In this document: one piece after another, positions 30,201 to 37,810 of the stretch
Position numbering within the stretch: position 1 is the stretch's first letter
How the letters are laid out: every line of letters begins with the position of its first letter
Origin: an uncultured Gammaproteobacteria bacterium
Lineage (GTDB): Bacteria > Patescibacteriota > Patescibacteriia > VMEV01 > CAZAJQ01
Assembly (NCBI GenBank): GCA_964485795.1
Contig: CAZAJQ010000005.1
Span: forward strand, 4,678-68,677
Length of the DNA: 64,000 bases
Direction: 5' to 3'
The notes under the pieces: generated by a model
Database searches by the model: none
Seen by the model: only the letters and a program-made list of their open reading frames with translations
What the model was told of the DNA's origin: nothing
Program-made: the position numbers and the translations under genes

Positions 30201-33200
30201 TCCGGGATATGAAGGATCATCAATAAAATCGTATGTACGATCAATGATATCCGCCGTAGCGACTGAATGTCCGGCGGCACCATGACTCCCATACGTATCG
30301 GCCGCCAAACTGCATTTCAAATCGCTCAACGATGGATTAAATCGAGTAGCTCCGGGACAGCCTAACCCATTCGCATCAATAAACTCTCCAGAGTCTACCG
30401 TTAAATCATTCACGACCGTCAAATCCAATTTGTTCGTCTGTGTAGCCGTGCTTGCGAAATGCGATAATTTCGAAAACCCCCCGCTCGATACCACATGTAC
30501 AGTCTTAAACGTTATCGCCGAAGGAAGTTTAATAATCCCAAAATTGATATTCAAATCAACGAGATTCGAATTTAACGCGCTAAACATCGATGGCGTATAC
30601 GTCGCATATGCGTTACCATTCCCCGTATGCATATCCATGGTGTACGTACTCGCTGTCGTGTTTCTCACCAGGACGCTGCCTCCACCTCCGCCGGGATTCA
30701 TATTCGCATAAGCAGTTCGTAACCCGGTATGTGTAATGGTTGCCGCCTCAATGTATAAACGACCGGCTCCGCCGGTTCCCGATGCAGCCGTTCTGACTGT
30801 AATTTCACCAGCCCCACTCAATGTTCCGGAAACGATAAGTTTGATACTTCCTCCCGCCCCGGATCCGCTACCGGTACCTGCTCGTATCGTTCCGCTCGCC
30901 ACGATGTTCGCTGCAGTAATTTTTATTACACCATCACCCGCGGACGTTGCTGAGCCGGATCCGGGATATTGCGGATCATCTATATAATCATAAATTCTAC
31001 TTAAAGCATTCGCTTCCGTGATACTCACCCCAACTCCTCCATGACTCCCTTCACTGTCCGCAGCCAAACTACACTTATTATCACCTCCCGCCGATGAAGG
31101 ATTGAATCGAGTCGTAGAAGGACAGCCGAGCCCATTCGCATCAATAAATTCTCCAGAGTCTACCGTTAAATCATTCACGACCGTCAAATCCAATTTGTTC
31201 GTCTGTGTAGCCGTGCTTGCGAAATGCGATAATTTCGAAAACCCCCCGCTCGATACCACATGTACAGTCTTAAACGTTATCGCCGAAGGAAGTTTAATAA
31301 TCCCAAAATTGATATTCAAATCAACGAGATTCGAATTTAACGCGCTAAACATCGATGGCGTATACGTCGCATATGCGTTACCATTCCCCGTATGCATATC
31401 CATGGTGTACGTACTCGCTGTCGTGTTTCTCACCAGGACGCTGCCTCCACCTCCGCCGGGATTCATATTCGCATAAGCAGTTCGTAACCCGGTATGTGTA
31501 ATGGTTGCCGCCTCAATGTATAAACGACCGGCTCCGCCGGTTCCCGATGCAGCCGTTCTGACTGTAATTTCACCAGCCCCACTCAATGTTCCGGAAACGA
31601 TAAGTTTGATACTTCCTCCCGCCCCGGATCCGCTACCGGTACCTGCTCGTATCGTTCCGCTCGCCACGATGTTCGCTGCAGTAATTTTTATTACACCATC
31701 ACCCGCGGACGTTGCTGAGCCGGATCCGGGATATTGCGGATCATCTATATAATCATAAATTCTACTTAAAGCATTCGCTTCCGTGATACTCACCCCAACT
31801 CCTCCATGACTCCCTTCACTGTCCGCAGCCAAACTACACTTTAAGTCTCCACTATCCGGATTAAATCTTGCACCTATTGGACAGCCTCTCCCATCGCCCG
31901 TAACCGTCCCATTCGTATTCACGGTCAACGTCTGCACCACCGTCAAATCCATCTTCCGAGTCACGGTCGCGGTTGACGGCAAATGCGTCAAACTGTTATT
32001 CGCGCCGCCCGTATCGATCATGGTGACATTTTTGAAAGTAATCGCTCCCTCCAGATTCACATGTCCAAAAGAAATCGACAAGTTCACCGTATTGGGATTG
32101 ATGGTTGCAAACATCGAGGACTTGATGAGGAGTGACCCAACAGCCAACCCACTATGATAGGTGATGCTATTCGTATCACTCGTCGTATTGCGAAGAAAAA
32201 CAGTACCTCCGCCAGTGCCGATCTTCGCCGCGCCGGCTGACCATGAAAAAGCATTCAACGTTGTCAACGAATTATCCGTTGTTCCTTGTATAAAAATTCT
32301 TCCTCCTCCTCCGGTTCCCGTGTCGGTTCTCGCTTCAACCGTGCCTGTTCCGGTGAATGATCCGGTAGCAACTAATTTAATCGCACCGCCGGCAGCATTT
32401 CCGCTCCCTCGATTCGCACGGATCGTGCCATTCACAACCATGTTTCCGCCCGCGGAAATTCTGATAACCCCGCCGCCGGCCGTTGCGTCAGACGCGCCCG
32501 ATCCAGGGTACAAAGGATTATCAATGAAATCATAAACTCGATCCTCGATGTCGGCGATTCCGACATCATTCCCTGCACCCCCGTGACTGCCTTGAGCATC
32601 GGCTAATTCGCTGCAAATAAAAGTTGTTTTATTGAATCTCTTTGAGGCTGGGCAACCCTTACCATTCGCATCAATGAATGTTCCCGCGTTCACCGTCAAA
32701 TTCCCTGTCAAAACGATGTCCATCTTTTTATACGTCGTGCTCGAATCCGAAATCGTGTGCGTCAAAATCGCCGCGTTCTGCAATGTCAAACTCGCAAACC
32801 CGTTCGCACCGGTAAAATCTCCCGTCATGTTTACCGTAATTCCGTCAATCACTATGTCGTCACCGGCAAATGTTCCCGGCGTGACCGTGCATTCTACGGC
32901 CGCGCAATTCGCCGTTTTCCAAGCGGCGTCGAGCGTCTGAATCGCGGCTATATGAAAATCTCGTTTCTTCTCTCCACTTTCTTCGAAAAACGATACATGC
33001 TCTCCTTCGTTCAAGAGATTTTCAAATATACCCATCACTTTCCCTTGCAAACCTTCTCTTTCCAGCGGTAAATATGTTTCACCGAAAAACGCCGCCGCTT
33101 CAAAAACGCTTCTTGAAGCATCCATACGACTCAAAACAAAAAAACCTCCCACCATGATGCATCCAAGGGTGAAGGTTTTTAGAATTTTTTTGAAATCTCT

Positions 33201-33224
33201 TTTTTTATTTTTACGATTCACCAT
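24246..33224 (-). CDS. Giant (~3000 aa) cell-surface protein/adhesin
   Basis: N-terminal TM helix; Gly/Thr-rich ~255-aa repeats; Ig/FN3-like beta domains; internal TM pair; DUF11; Pro/Glu linker; two carboxypeptidase-regulatory-like domains (WGVVYD...P..LA....TD..GR..F....G.Y.L.V.K.GY). Confidence 0.9.
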   Translation of the reverse strand: MVNRKNKKRDFKKILKTFTLGCIMVGGFFVLSRMDASRSVFEAAAFFGETYLPLEREGLQGKVMGIFENLLNEGEHVSFFEESGEKKRDFHIAAIQTLDAAWKTANCAAVECTVTPGTFAGDDIVIDGITVNMTGDFTGANGFASLTLQNAAILTHTISDSSTTYKKMDIVLTGNLTVNAGTFIDANGKGCPASKRFNKTTFICSELADAQGSHGGAGNDVGIADIEDRVYDFIDNPLYPGSGASDATAGGGVIRISAGGNMVVNGTIRANRGSGNAAGGAIKLVATGSFTGTGTVEARTDTGTGGGGRIFIQGTTDNSLTTLNAFSWSAGAAKIGTGGGTVFLRNTTSDTNSITYHSGLAVGSLLIKSSMFATINPNTVNLSISFGHVNLEGAITFKNVTMIDTGGANNSLTHLPSTATVTRKMDLTVVQTLTVNTNGTVTGDGRGCPIGARFNPDSGDLKCSLAADSEGSHGGVGVSITEANALSRIYDYIDDPQYPGSGSATSAGDGVIKITAANIVASGTIRAGTGSGSGAGGSIKLIVSGTLSGAGEITVRTAASGTGGAGRLYIEAATITHTGLRTAYANMNPGGGGGSVLVRNTTASTYTMDMHTGNGNAYATYTPSMFSALNSNLVDLNINFGIIKLPSAITFKTVHVVSSGGFSKLSHFASTATQTNKLDLTVVNDLTVDSGEFIDANGLGCPSTTRFNPSSAGGDNKCSLAADSEGSHGGVGVSITEANALSRIYDYIDDPQYPGSGSATSAGDGVIKITAANIVASGTIRAGTGSGSGAGGSIKLIVSGTLSGAGEITVRTAASGTGGAGRLYIEAATITHTGLRTAYANMNPGGGGGSVLVRNTTASTYTMDMHTGNGNAYATYTPSMFSALNSNLVDLNINFGIIKLPSAITFKTVHVVSSGGFSKLSHFASTATQTNKLDLTVVNDLTVDSGEFIDANGLGCPGATRFNPSLSDLKCSLAADTYGSHGAAGHSVATADIIDRTYDFIDDPSYPGSGSAAGAAGGGVIRISAGGNIVVNGTIRANRGSGDAAGGAIKLVATGSFTGTGTVEARTDTGGGGGGRIFIQGTTDNALTTLNAFSWSSGTDKAGTGGGTVLLRNTTTDTNSITYHSGLASGSIMIKSSMFATINPNTVNLAVSFGYVNLEGAITFKNVTINDPGGVGNNALTHLPSTSTVTRKLDLTVVNALTVNTNGLIDVNARGCPTARLNTANGLCDSVADTNGSHGGTGSGASGTRVYDSVENPTLPGSGGTSGNGGGIVNISATNITVSGGIRADGSGNGAGGTVKLLTSSGTITGAGTVTAGGAGNGGGGRVAIIYNAANTALGLTPSNITANGAGGGSAGTAYIDTIGSTLTSTSGTLGTTDITFNHRLFTEDTGFTNSYDITPEFSTDSGVTWTTATDGGGASEGKVGLTATAGTGTAHVFVWDASAQCSGCASALLRMRAKKNPIGDGFQIVLSGTGSGGVYATVTTPSGSQSGTIPISYTLSDVGSASTSINIEYSTNGGSTWSAATSAGGDSCRATSGSSVPCTISQTTTPNGTPSKTFQWASMTDAPNTDNSLIRIRVTPLNGGSVAGETGNFRVDNNNAPVATVTNLTSCGAVNGNITITYSLVDANSDSLSIVAQYSTDNGSSWNTATSGGGDGTSGLASSVAGVSHTFIWASATNLPSTVNSTMKFRITPSDALNGAGTAGTTNTFKLNNNNPASATITTPTSASGSSVVMNYKLIDTVVGTANITPKYSLDGGTTFVSPLTEDTAATSPASQGVTSLSTALTPGADHVYVWNTGVDFTSSQQNLIFAIEPNDGNIGVCGQTSSFNYTKGGSIPVVPSAPSGPVIGVPTPLSGSVIRWNFTDTASNETGFILEDANGNKVLDTLPNATSDLSFLEETGLKANTKYTRRVKSFNVVGSSSASNTATVYTLAEVPKGVQPIQVSDREIEIQVDGVIDVSQAQAAGYTITADVEQITEGDVLKQVQDYRGQTAYFYEAVNTSNGNIQTSGWLQKSFYKFSNLTPNTVYEFRVKTRNGDGLETVYSFKLPVKTQQINPPRMVIALNVGVIPSQQSVVSAQLGQIPEAQAAEEVVDAQLSNARETVKRAKVSGYAFQKEWGKILFIILGMVLCGLLYGVLHSMRILIKNAGLLSGRRKYTWWQKMKLVMKFKKQIVTGNPVEVFESVAKRHKNGTFFSSFGVHRRHHRLVHAWVGIASVVVMAEGILGIMFLKQGTYAQQVYADNGEEVIPGDTIVYQIQYKNVGSAKATGVVITNPISSKVGYVSGSRVQDGQNVGDGGTTAGGASVWTIGNVNVNQIGYVEFKIQLPSNVGTPGILINQASVNYAEGFNTVFSNLVMNPLNPPLDPNNPNARRAGIAVTSKYFGITESGIERSVIPPSQLPISPLPTEPCKENCPPQPEVPSEEAPPTEEVPQERVIETPVGVDIVEAPKPQTVAEVPPEPVSPPSEEAGKKPGSEPGTQPGGEGPVGGYPQGQTTFENGGIGVGELPQDATAEEQALIEEGFSITGSIDAGSEGFTMSGTATPGSEVYVTFGEYGTFRVQSDENGNWKLYVPYDEIAITSEEAQKRKSVAVTAELRKGRLRSERVTLGNASLEGLVRWKEISIPEEQSLVQITAQEAVRILKESALAVKENIQKVEKPSQVALIAIAPVVTLLNPAIAANIPHIWAYLYHFISWLLSVLGIKKKKQPWGVVYDSITKEPVSLAIVRLYSVDTATPNAKPRLISTTVTDGQGRLGFLVKEGRYRLEVQKQGYAGISKLIPAGTRADAGYEDLYLGGALTLGREGVTIRVNIPIDPTDVKEEKLAMSVLGNIWYEMKAAIRKVSGPVLWIGLTGSVLLTYGSFNLTNTVILWLYVMFGLAQKVFSPKALRSWGVVYDAATRMPIALAVINIIDAEYGKLLKSRLTDYEGRYHFLPKAGKYQLQVKKTGYEPLSEAKALRSDHPVYKANQVLDIKKDEAIVNVDVAMKKQSVL
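30366..31841. repeat. Intragenic tandem duplication, period 765 bp
   Basis: 30366-31076 vs 31131-31841: 711 bp, one mismatch seen (30384/31149); identical shadow ORFs offset by 765. Confidence 0.95.
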
Positions 33225-33364
33225 AATATAAAAAAATATTCCGCGACATCCAGTCACATTTTTATCGCCCCAGTCTTTTCTCCTTTCATGGTATCATTCT
33301 TTTTCTTTTTTTTCACTCTTCTCTACTCCTTTTTCAGATGGTACTTTCAAATATCCTTTACTCT

Positions 33365-35422
33365 TCAAGGATTGGAGACAGAAGGCTGACTTTCCGTGGG
33401 AGCGATCGTATCCTCGGGAGCCGGGATGTCGATATTGATCGGGGCGTCGGGGGAAACATCGGTATCGGTGTTTACTGGAGGTTCGGTATCCGCCGCTTCG
33501 GGTTTGCTTTCATCGTTCGGAGTTCCTTCCGGCTTGTTGTCACCCTCGGTGCCTTGCGCGCCGTCAGCTCCTTCCGGAGGCAACACAGCGGGATCGGTAC
33601 CTCCGATGAGGCAAACTTCCTGCCATGGACGATAATGGCTTTGAAACGTTTCGGTATTGACTCGTCCGTCGGCGTAAACGACGGTTCGAGTAAAATATGC
33701 GTCGGCGCCATTGTGTGCGGATTCGGTGCATTTTCTTTTTCCCGCCGGCAAATCGGGAGTATAGACGATTTTCGTCGGAGGAGGACGACGGATATTGTAA
33801 ATGACGGGATCGGTTTGCTCGACCTTTCGCTTGTCCGACGTTCCCCAAAACGTAAAAATCAAATCATTTCCCTCAATGCTCGTGTGCAGCAAAAGATGCT
33901 TGCCCGTATCGTTTTTAAAACGAAAATCCGGCGCTGGATCGTAAATCGTCGCATCGGTTCCCGCCGGCTCATAATACCTCACTCGATACGAGTGATTTTT
34001 TCTTTCCAGCACCGGAAGTCCGGCATTGAGCACGGCTCGAAAAAGCGTCGTCCCGATCTGACACAAACCTCCCCCGTATTCCGGTACGGTCTTGTCGCCT
34101 TTGATGACGAGCTCGGGCAAATACCCCGACTTGGCGTTGATATCCCCGAGTGCGGCGAGCAGTGAAAATTCCTCATCGGGTTTTATCAAAATACCGGTCA
34201 ACGCATCGGCTCCCACGCTGATGTTGTGACGCCGATTTTGCGGAGATCCCCAGAAATTGGATTTTCCTCGACCCACCATTTCGCGTATGCCGAAATTGCC
34301 TTCGGTTTCGGTTTGATCGGGCGCCACGTCGAGAACGACGAGCTCCATTTCAGTTTTCGAGTTTTTCAAGATCTCATCGTTCATCCTCGTCAAAGTCGTG
34401 ACGATATCGAGCTTTCTTCCGCTTTCTTCGACGGAAAACTCTCTCACTTTTCCGCTTGAGTCGATTTCAAACTTCGCTTTTTTCGGAGATTTATTGACGC
34501 TCGCGGAAACGACGGCATTGAAATAATCCAAAGCCTTTTCGGATCCGAAGGAAAGCATCGTCTCTTCGCTTTTTTTCTCGAGAAAAAGAAACGAAACCAA
34601 TTGAGGCGCTGATACCGTAAATGATTGATCGAGGTAATGGAGACGTGTGGCGGTGAATCGGTTTGCCAGTCGCAAAATTTCTTCTCGATGTTTCTCGATA
34701 TCGCTTGCCGTCACGGCGGGATAATCATTGACGATGCGAAGCTCTACGGGAGTATTGTCAATGACTCTCAATTTTTCTCTCAAGCGCGCAAGAATATCCG
34801 GATAATGAAAATTTTTTCCCTCTTTTTCGGGAATGATGGTGATGGCTCCGTTTTCATAGTCAAAAAAAGCGTTTTGAGCCGGAGTCACCATGCCGGAAAA
34901 ATTCAGACTCAAAATCTTGAGAAGCTGTTCTTCATCGAGGGTAAATTCGGCATCATGATACGCTCCAAAGATGAAAGCGTACATCGCGTCAAACGCGCCT
35001 CTCCTTCCGCTTTGAAAAGCTTGCGAGATGGTTTCATTGTTGTGGAATTCGAGGACGTCATGGGTAATGTCCGGATCGGCGGGCGAAGTCACGATGGAGT
35101 CGATCTCGACTTTTTTCCCCTGCGCTATGAACGTAAACCCCGAAGTTTCAAAGGCACCGGTCGCATCTTGCAATTTCGCATACGCTTCATGCGGCAGCAG
35201 TCCTCCCACGGCCACATTGCCGATGAAAACGCGAGGAAAAAATCTCCCCTGATAATAATTCCAAAGCAAAAAAAAGCTTACTCCGATGCCAAAAATCATG
35301 AATATTGCGGAAACGAAAAAATACCACCACAACGGCTGGATTTGTCCGATTTTTTTTGCCTTGATTTTTTTTATAAAATCGGAAAGATGTTGACGAGAAA
35401 CGTTTCTTATTTTCTTGATCAT
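33365..35422 (-). CDS. VanW-family protein with peptidoglycan-binding-4-like domains
   Basis: TM anchor; R.HNI......G.LI.P.EEFS, GGG.CQ.GTTLFRA, ER.NHSY.V.YY, G.DATI, DF.FKNDT; acidic/Pro tail. Confidence 0.92.
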   Translation of the reverse strand: MIKKIRNVSRQHLSDFIKKIKAKKIGQIQPLWWYFFVSAIFMIFGIGVSFFLLWNYYQGRFFPRVFIGNVAVGGLLPHEAYAKLQDATGAFETSGFTFIAQGKKVEIDSIVTSPADPDITHDVLEFHNNETISQAFQSGRRGAFDAMYAFIFGAYHDAEFTLDEEQLLKILSLNFSGMVTPAQNAFFDYENGAITIIPEKEGKNFHYPDILARLREKLRVIDNTPVELRIVNDYPAVTASDIEKHREEILRLANRFTATRLHYLDQSFTVSAPQLVSFLFLEKKSEETMLSFGSEKALDYFNAVVSASVNKSPKKAKFEIDSSGKVREFSVEESGRKLDIVTTLTRMNDEILKNSKTEMELVVLDVAPDQTETEGNFGIREMVGRGKSNFWGSPQNRRHNISVGADALTGILIKPDEEFSLLAALGDINAKSGYLPELVIKGDKTVPEYGGGLCQIGTTLFRAVLNAGLPVLERKNHSYRVRYYEPAGTDATIYDPAPDFRFKNDTGKHLLLHTSIEGNDLIFTFWGTSDKRKVEQTDPVIYNIRRPPPTKIVYTPDLPAGKRKCTESAHNGADAYFTRTVVYADGRVNTETFQSHYRPWQEVCLIGGTDPAVLPPEGADGAQGTEGDNKPEGTPNDESKPEAADTEPPVNTDTDVSPDAPINIDIPAPEDTIAPTESQPSVSNP

Positions 35423-35495
35423 TTTTTTTCAGAAAAAATCTTCATTGAAACCTTTGCCGGAATCTATCCTTGAAACGTGCAAGAATATCTGACTT

Positions 35496-35747
35496 TCAGC
35501 TTTCTTGACCGTTTTGAAGTATTTCATTGAGTACGGCCTTGGCGATATGCGCTTTTTCCTCTTCGTCGGTTTTGGCGGTGCTGATGATCAGACGTATTTC
35601 ACTGCCCTTTTTGGCGTCATCGGGAAGCTTTTTGATAGGCCAGATAACGGTCGCATCGTTTTCAAGACGCAAAACCGCGGAAGTGTCTTCAAACCGATCC
35701 ACTTTCCCCTTGATATCATAGCGCTTGTTCGATATGGAATCCATCAT
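35496..35747 (-). CDS. DUF3006-like small protein
   Basis: VDRFE...AVL......I.WP...LP...K.G. Confidence 0.8.
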   Translation of the reverse strand: MMDSISNKRYDIKGKVDRFEDTSAVLRLENDATVIWPIKKLPDDAKKGSEIRLIISTAKTDEEEKAHIAKAVLNEILQNGQES

Positions 35748-35788
35748 ACCCCCATCTATTATTTACCCGCCCCAACAATGCCCCGAGT

Positions 35789-35830
35789 ACTGAGAACTGT
35801 GAACTGAGCACTGTATACTGAGCCCTGCGT
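35789..35830. repeat. Degenerate 7-bp tandem repeat (ACTGWGN)
   Basis: ACTGAGA ACTGTGA ACTGAGC ACTGTAT ACTGAGC CCTGCGT. Confidence 0.7.
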
Positions 35831-35901
35831 TTCCTTCATGAAGCCTGAGCAGAACATCTATTCATACCCATGATTAAGCTCCTTGTCAATCTTTGCATGC
35901 C

Positions 35902-37581
35902 TCAAGGATTTTCGTTCATGAGCTTCAAACCTCCTTCGTCAAAATACCAATAATAGATTTGCTTTCCTTGATTATGCTCCAAAAAATCTTGAGAAAACCT
36001 GACCGTCACCCGAGAGCCTCGGAAAAAACGATCGTAATCAAGTATTTCCACCTCCACATCTTGGCTTGTGATTTTTTGCGGTCCGGAGAATAAAAAATCG
36101 TCTTTTTTTGACCTCCATAGCCAACCATCGGTTATTTTTATGAATTCAAAATTTCTCATGCCGACATTTTCAGCATCAAGCACCGTATACAATGGCAGTA
36201 CAATGGCATCAAGATCGTATTTCGGATAATGATACTTCAAAGCCTGACGCAAAGAATTGCGAAAAACAGGCGCACTTTCATAACTTTCGGGGAGAAAAAG
36301 AAACACATGACCGGCGTTCGAATTTGACCTGTCAACCACCGCGCCAAACGTTTCAACGATATTTTGGGCGATGACGGCGGCGGTTTTATAATGCACAATC
36401 TTTGGAACCCCGATCCATATCCATACTATGATAAGCGCCATCAAAACCGCTGATTCAAAACACCCCGTCTTTATGCTCCGTTTCAAAGCGCGATTCTTTT
36501 CCGCGGCGATGTTTTCAAAACGTTCAATCATAGCGACCAGTGCACTGGCGATGAAAATGAAAAGCACGGCGGACGGCAAATAAAAATATCGTTCTCCCTC
36601 ATTGTTCAAAGGGTTCAAACTCAGCGGAAGATAGGGCAAAAAAGGTATGCAAAGCAATGCGATTCCGAGTACAAAATGTCGAAACAATGACCGATAAAAG
36701 GCGCCGACAAATATCGCGATTCCGGCGCATATGACGATGATATCCGTCAGATGATGAGCAATGAATGCTTGCACTCCCACTCTCCATGAACCCGTCACAA
36801 ACATATTCCCCAGCATCTGCGCCAGATGCAGGGCATAGACTCGCCACTCGAAAAAAAAGCTTTTCTCGCCGTAATACCCGAACAGTGCACCCGTGGTTTT
36901 ATAACGAATCAAAAGAAACCCGGCTATCGCAAGAAAAAAAAGTGCCGTGTCAAAAAACAACCTTCTCCTTTGCGGTGAAATTTCCTTTTTCCATATCAAG
37001 ATCCAAAGCAGCTGCAGAGGAAAACTCATGGCAATCTCCTTGGTAATCAAAGCGAGGAAATAAACAAACAGGCTCAAAAAAAAGAACGCGTTTTTTTTGC
37101 TTTCAAAATATCGCAAAAAAAGATACCAGCAAACGAGATAAAAAAACGTGGCCAATAGATGCACCAGGGCGGATATCCATACAACGGCTTCGATACTTTG
37201 AAAAAAGAAAAGAAAAGCCGCCGAAGCCGCGAAGCCCACTTTTTGAGAAAAGAGTTTTTTTCCTATCAAAAAAATCAATAATCCGTTTGCAACATGCAAA
37301 AAAACACTCGCAAGATGGAACCCCAAAGAACCTCCTCCGAAAAGCCGAGAAACGGTAAAGAAAATGAGATTCACAAGCGGAGCGTAACTGCCTCCGTCAT
37401 GATGACCGGCATAATTGGAAAAGAAAAACGTCATCGGATGTCGATCCGTGGAAGATAACAACCAGTCGTAATCGTCGGATATGAAAGGAGAGAAAAAAGC
37501 GGGAGAATAAAAAAGCATGCTGAAAAAAGCCATCCCGAGAAAAAAAACAAGTGATCCGTTTTTCAAAAAGAATGTCTTCAT
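35902..37581 (-). CDS. GT-C fold membrane glycosyltransferase (PMT/ArnT-like)
   Basis: F.SDD, Y.PL, FHL.S..LH..N, EAV.WIS, LA...KE.A, ERY.YLP; many TM helices. Confidence 0.85.
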   Translation of the reverse strand: MKTFFLKNGSLVFFLGMAFFSMLFYSPAFFSPFISDDYDWLLSSTDRHPMTFFFSNYAGHHDGGSYAPLVNLIFFTVSRLFGGGSLGFHLASVFLHVANGLLIFLIGKKLFSQKVGFAASAAFLFFFQSIEAVVWISALVHLLATFFYLVCWYLFLRYFESKKNAFFFLSLFVYFLALITKEIAMSFPLQLLWILIWKKEISPQRRRLFFDTALFFLAIAGFLLIRYKTTGALFGYYGEKSFFFEWRVYALHLAQMLGNMFVTGSWRVGVQAFIAHHLTDIIVICAGIAIFVGAFYRSLFRHFVLGIALLCIPFLPYLPLSLNPLNNEGERYFYLPSAVLFIFIASALVAMIERFENIAAEKNRALKRSIKTGCFESAVLMALIIVWIWIGVPKIVHYKTAAVIAQNIVETFGAVVDRSNSNAGHVFLFLPESYESAPVFRNSLRQALKYHYPKYDLDAIVLPLYTVLDAENVGMRNFEFIKITDGWLWRSKKDDFLFSGPQKITSQDVEVEILDYDRFFRGSRVTVRFSQDFLEHNQGKQIYYWYFDEGGLKLMNENP

Positions 37582-37696
37582 AAACTCGCGCAACCGCTTT
37601 TTACTCCATATTTTGGCTATCATAACAATACTTGACGCTCCATACAAAATTCCTTATTCTGGTTCTATTGCGGAAAAATTCGTAATTTTTTATTTT

Positions 37697-37768
37697 GCCC
37701 CTATCGTCTAGTGGTTAGGACATCAGGTTTTCATCCTGGTAACCGGGGTTCGATTCCCCGTAGGGGTG
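37697..37768 (+). tRNA. tRNA-Glu(TTC)
   Basis: GCCCCTATCGTCTAGTGGTTAGGACATCAGGTTTTCATCCTGGTAACCGGGGTTCGATTCCCCGTAGGGGTG. Confidence 0.95.
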
Positions 37769-37810
37769 CAAAAAAATAGCGTAACGCTTCTATCTTCATT
37801 GATTTTCATC

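Noticed and set aside
29541-32654. Diversity-generating retroelement TR/VR pair
   Set aside because: No reverse transcriptase is present. Differences between repeats include indels and are not confined to adenines, and all copies are in-frame parts of one gene.
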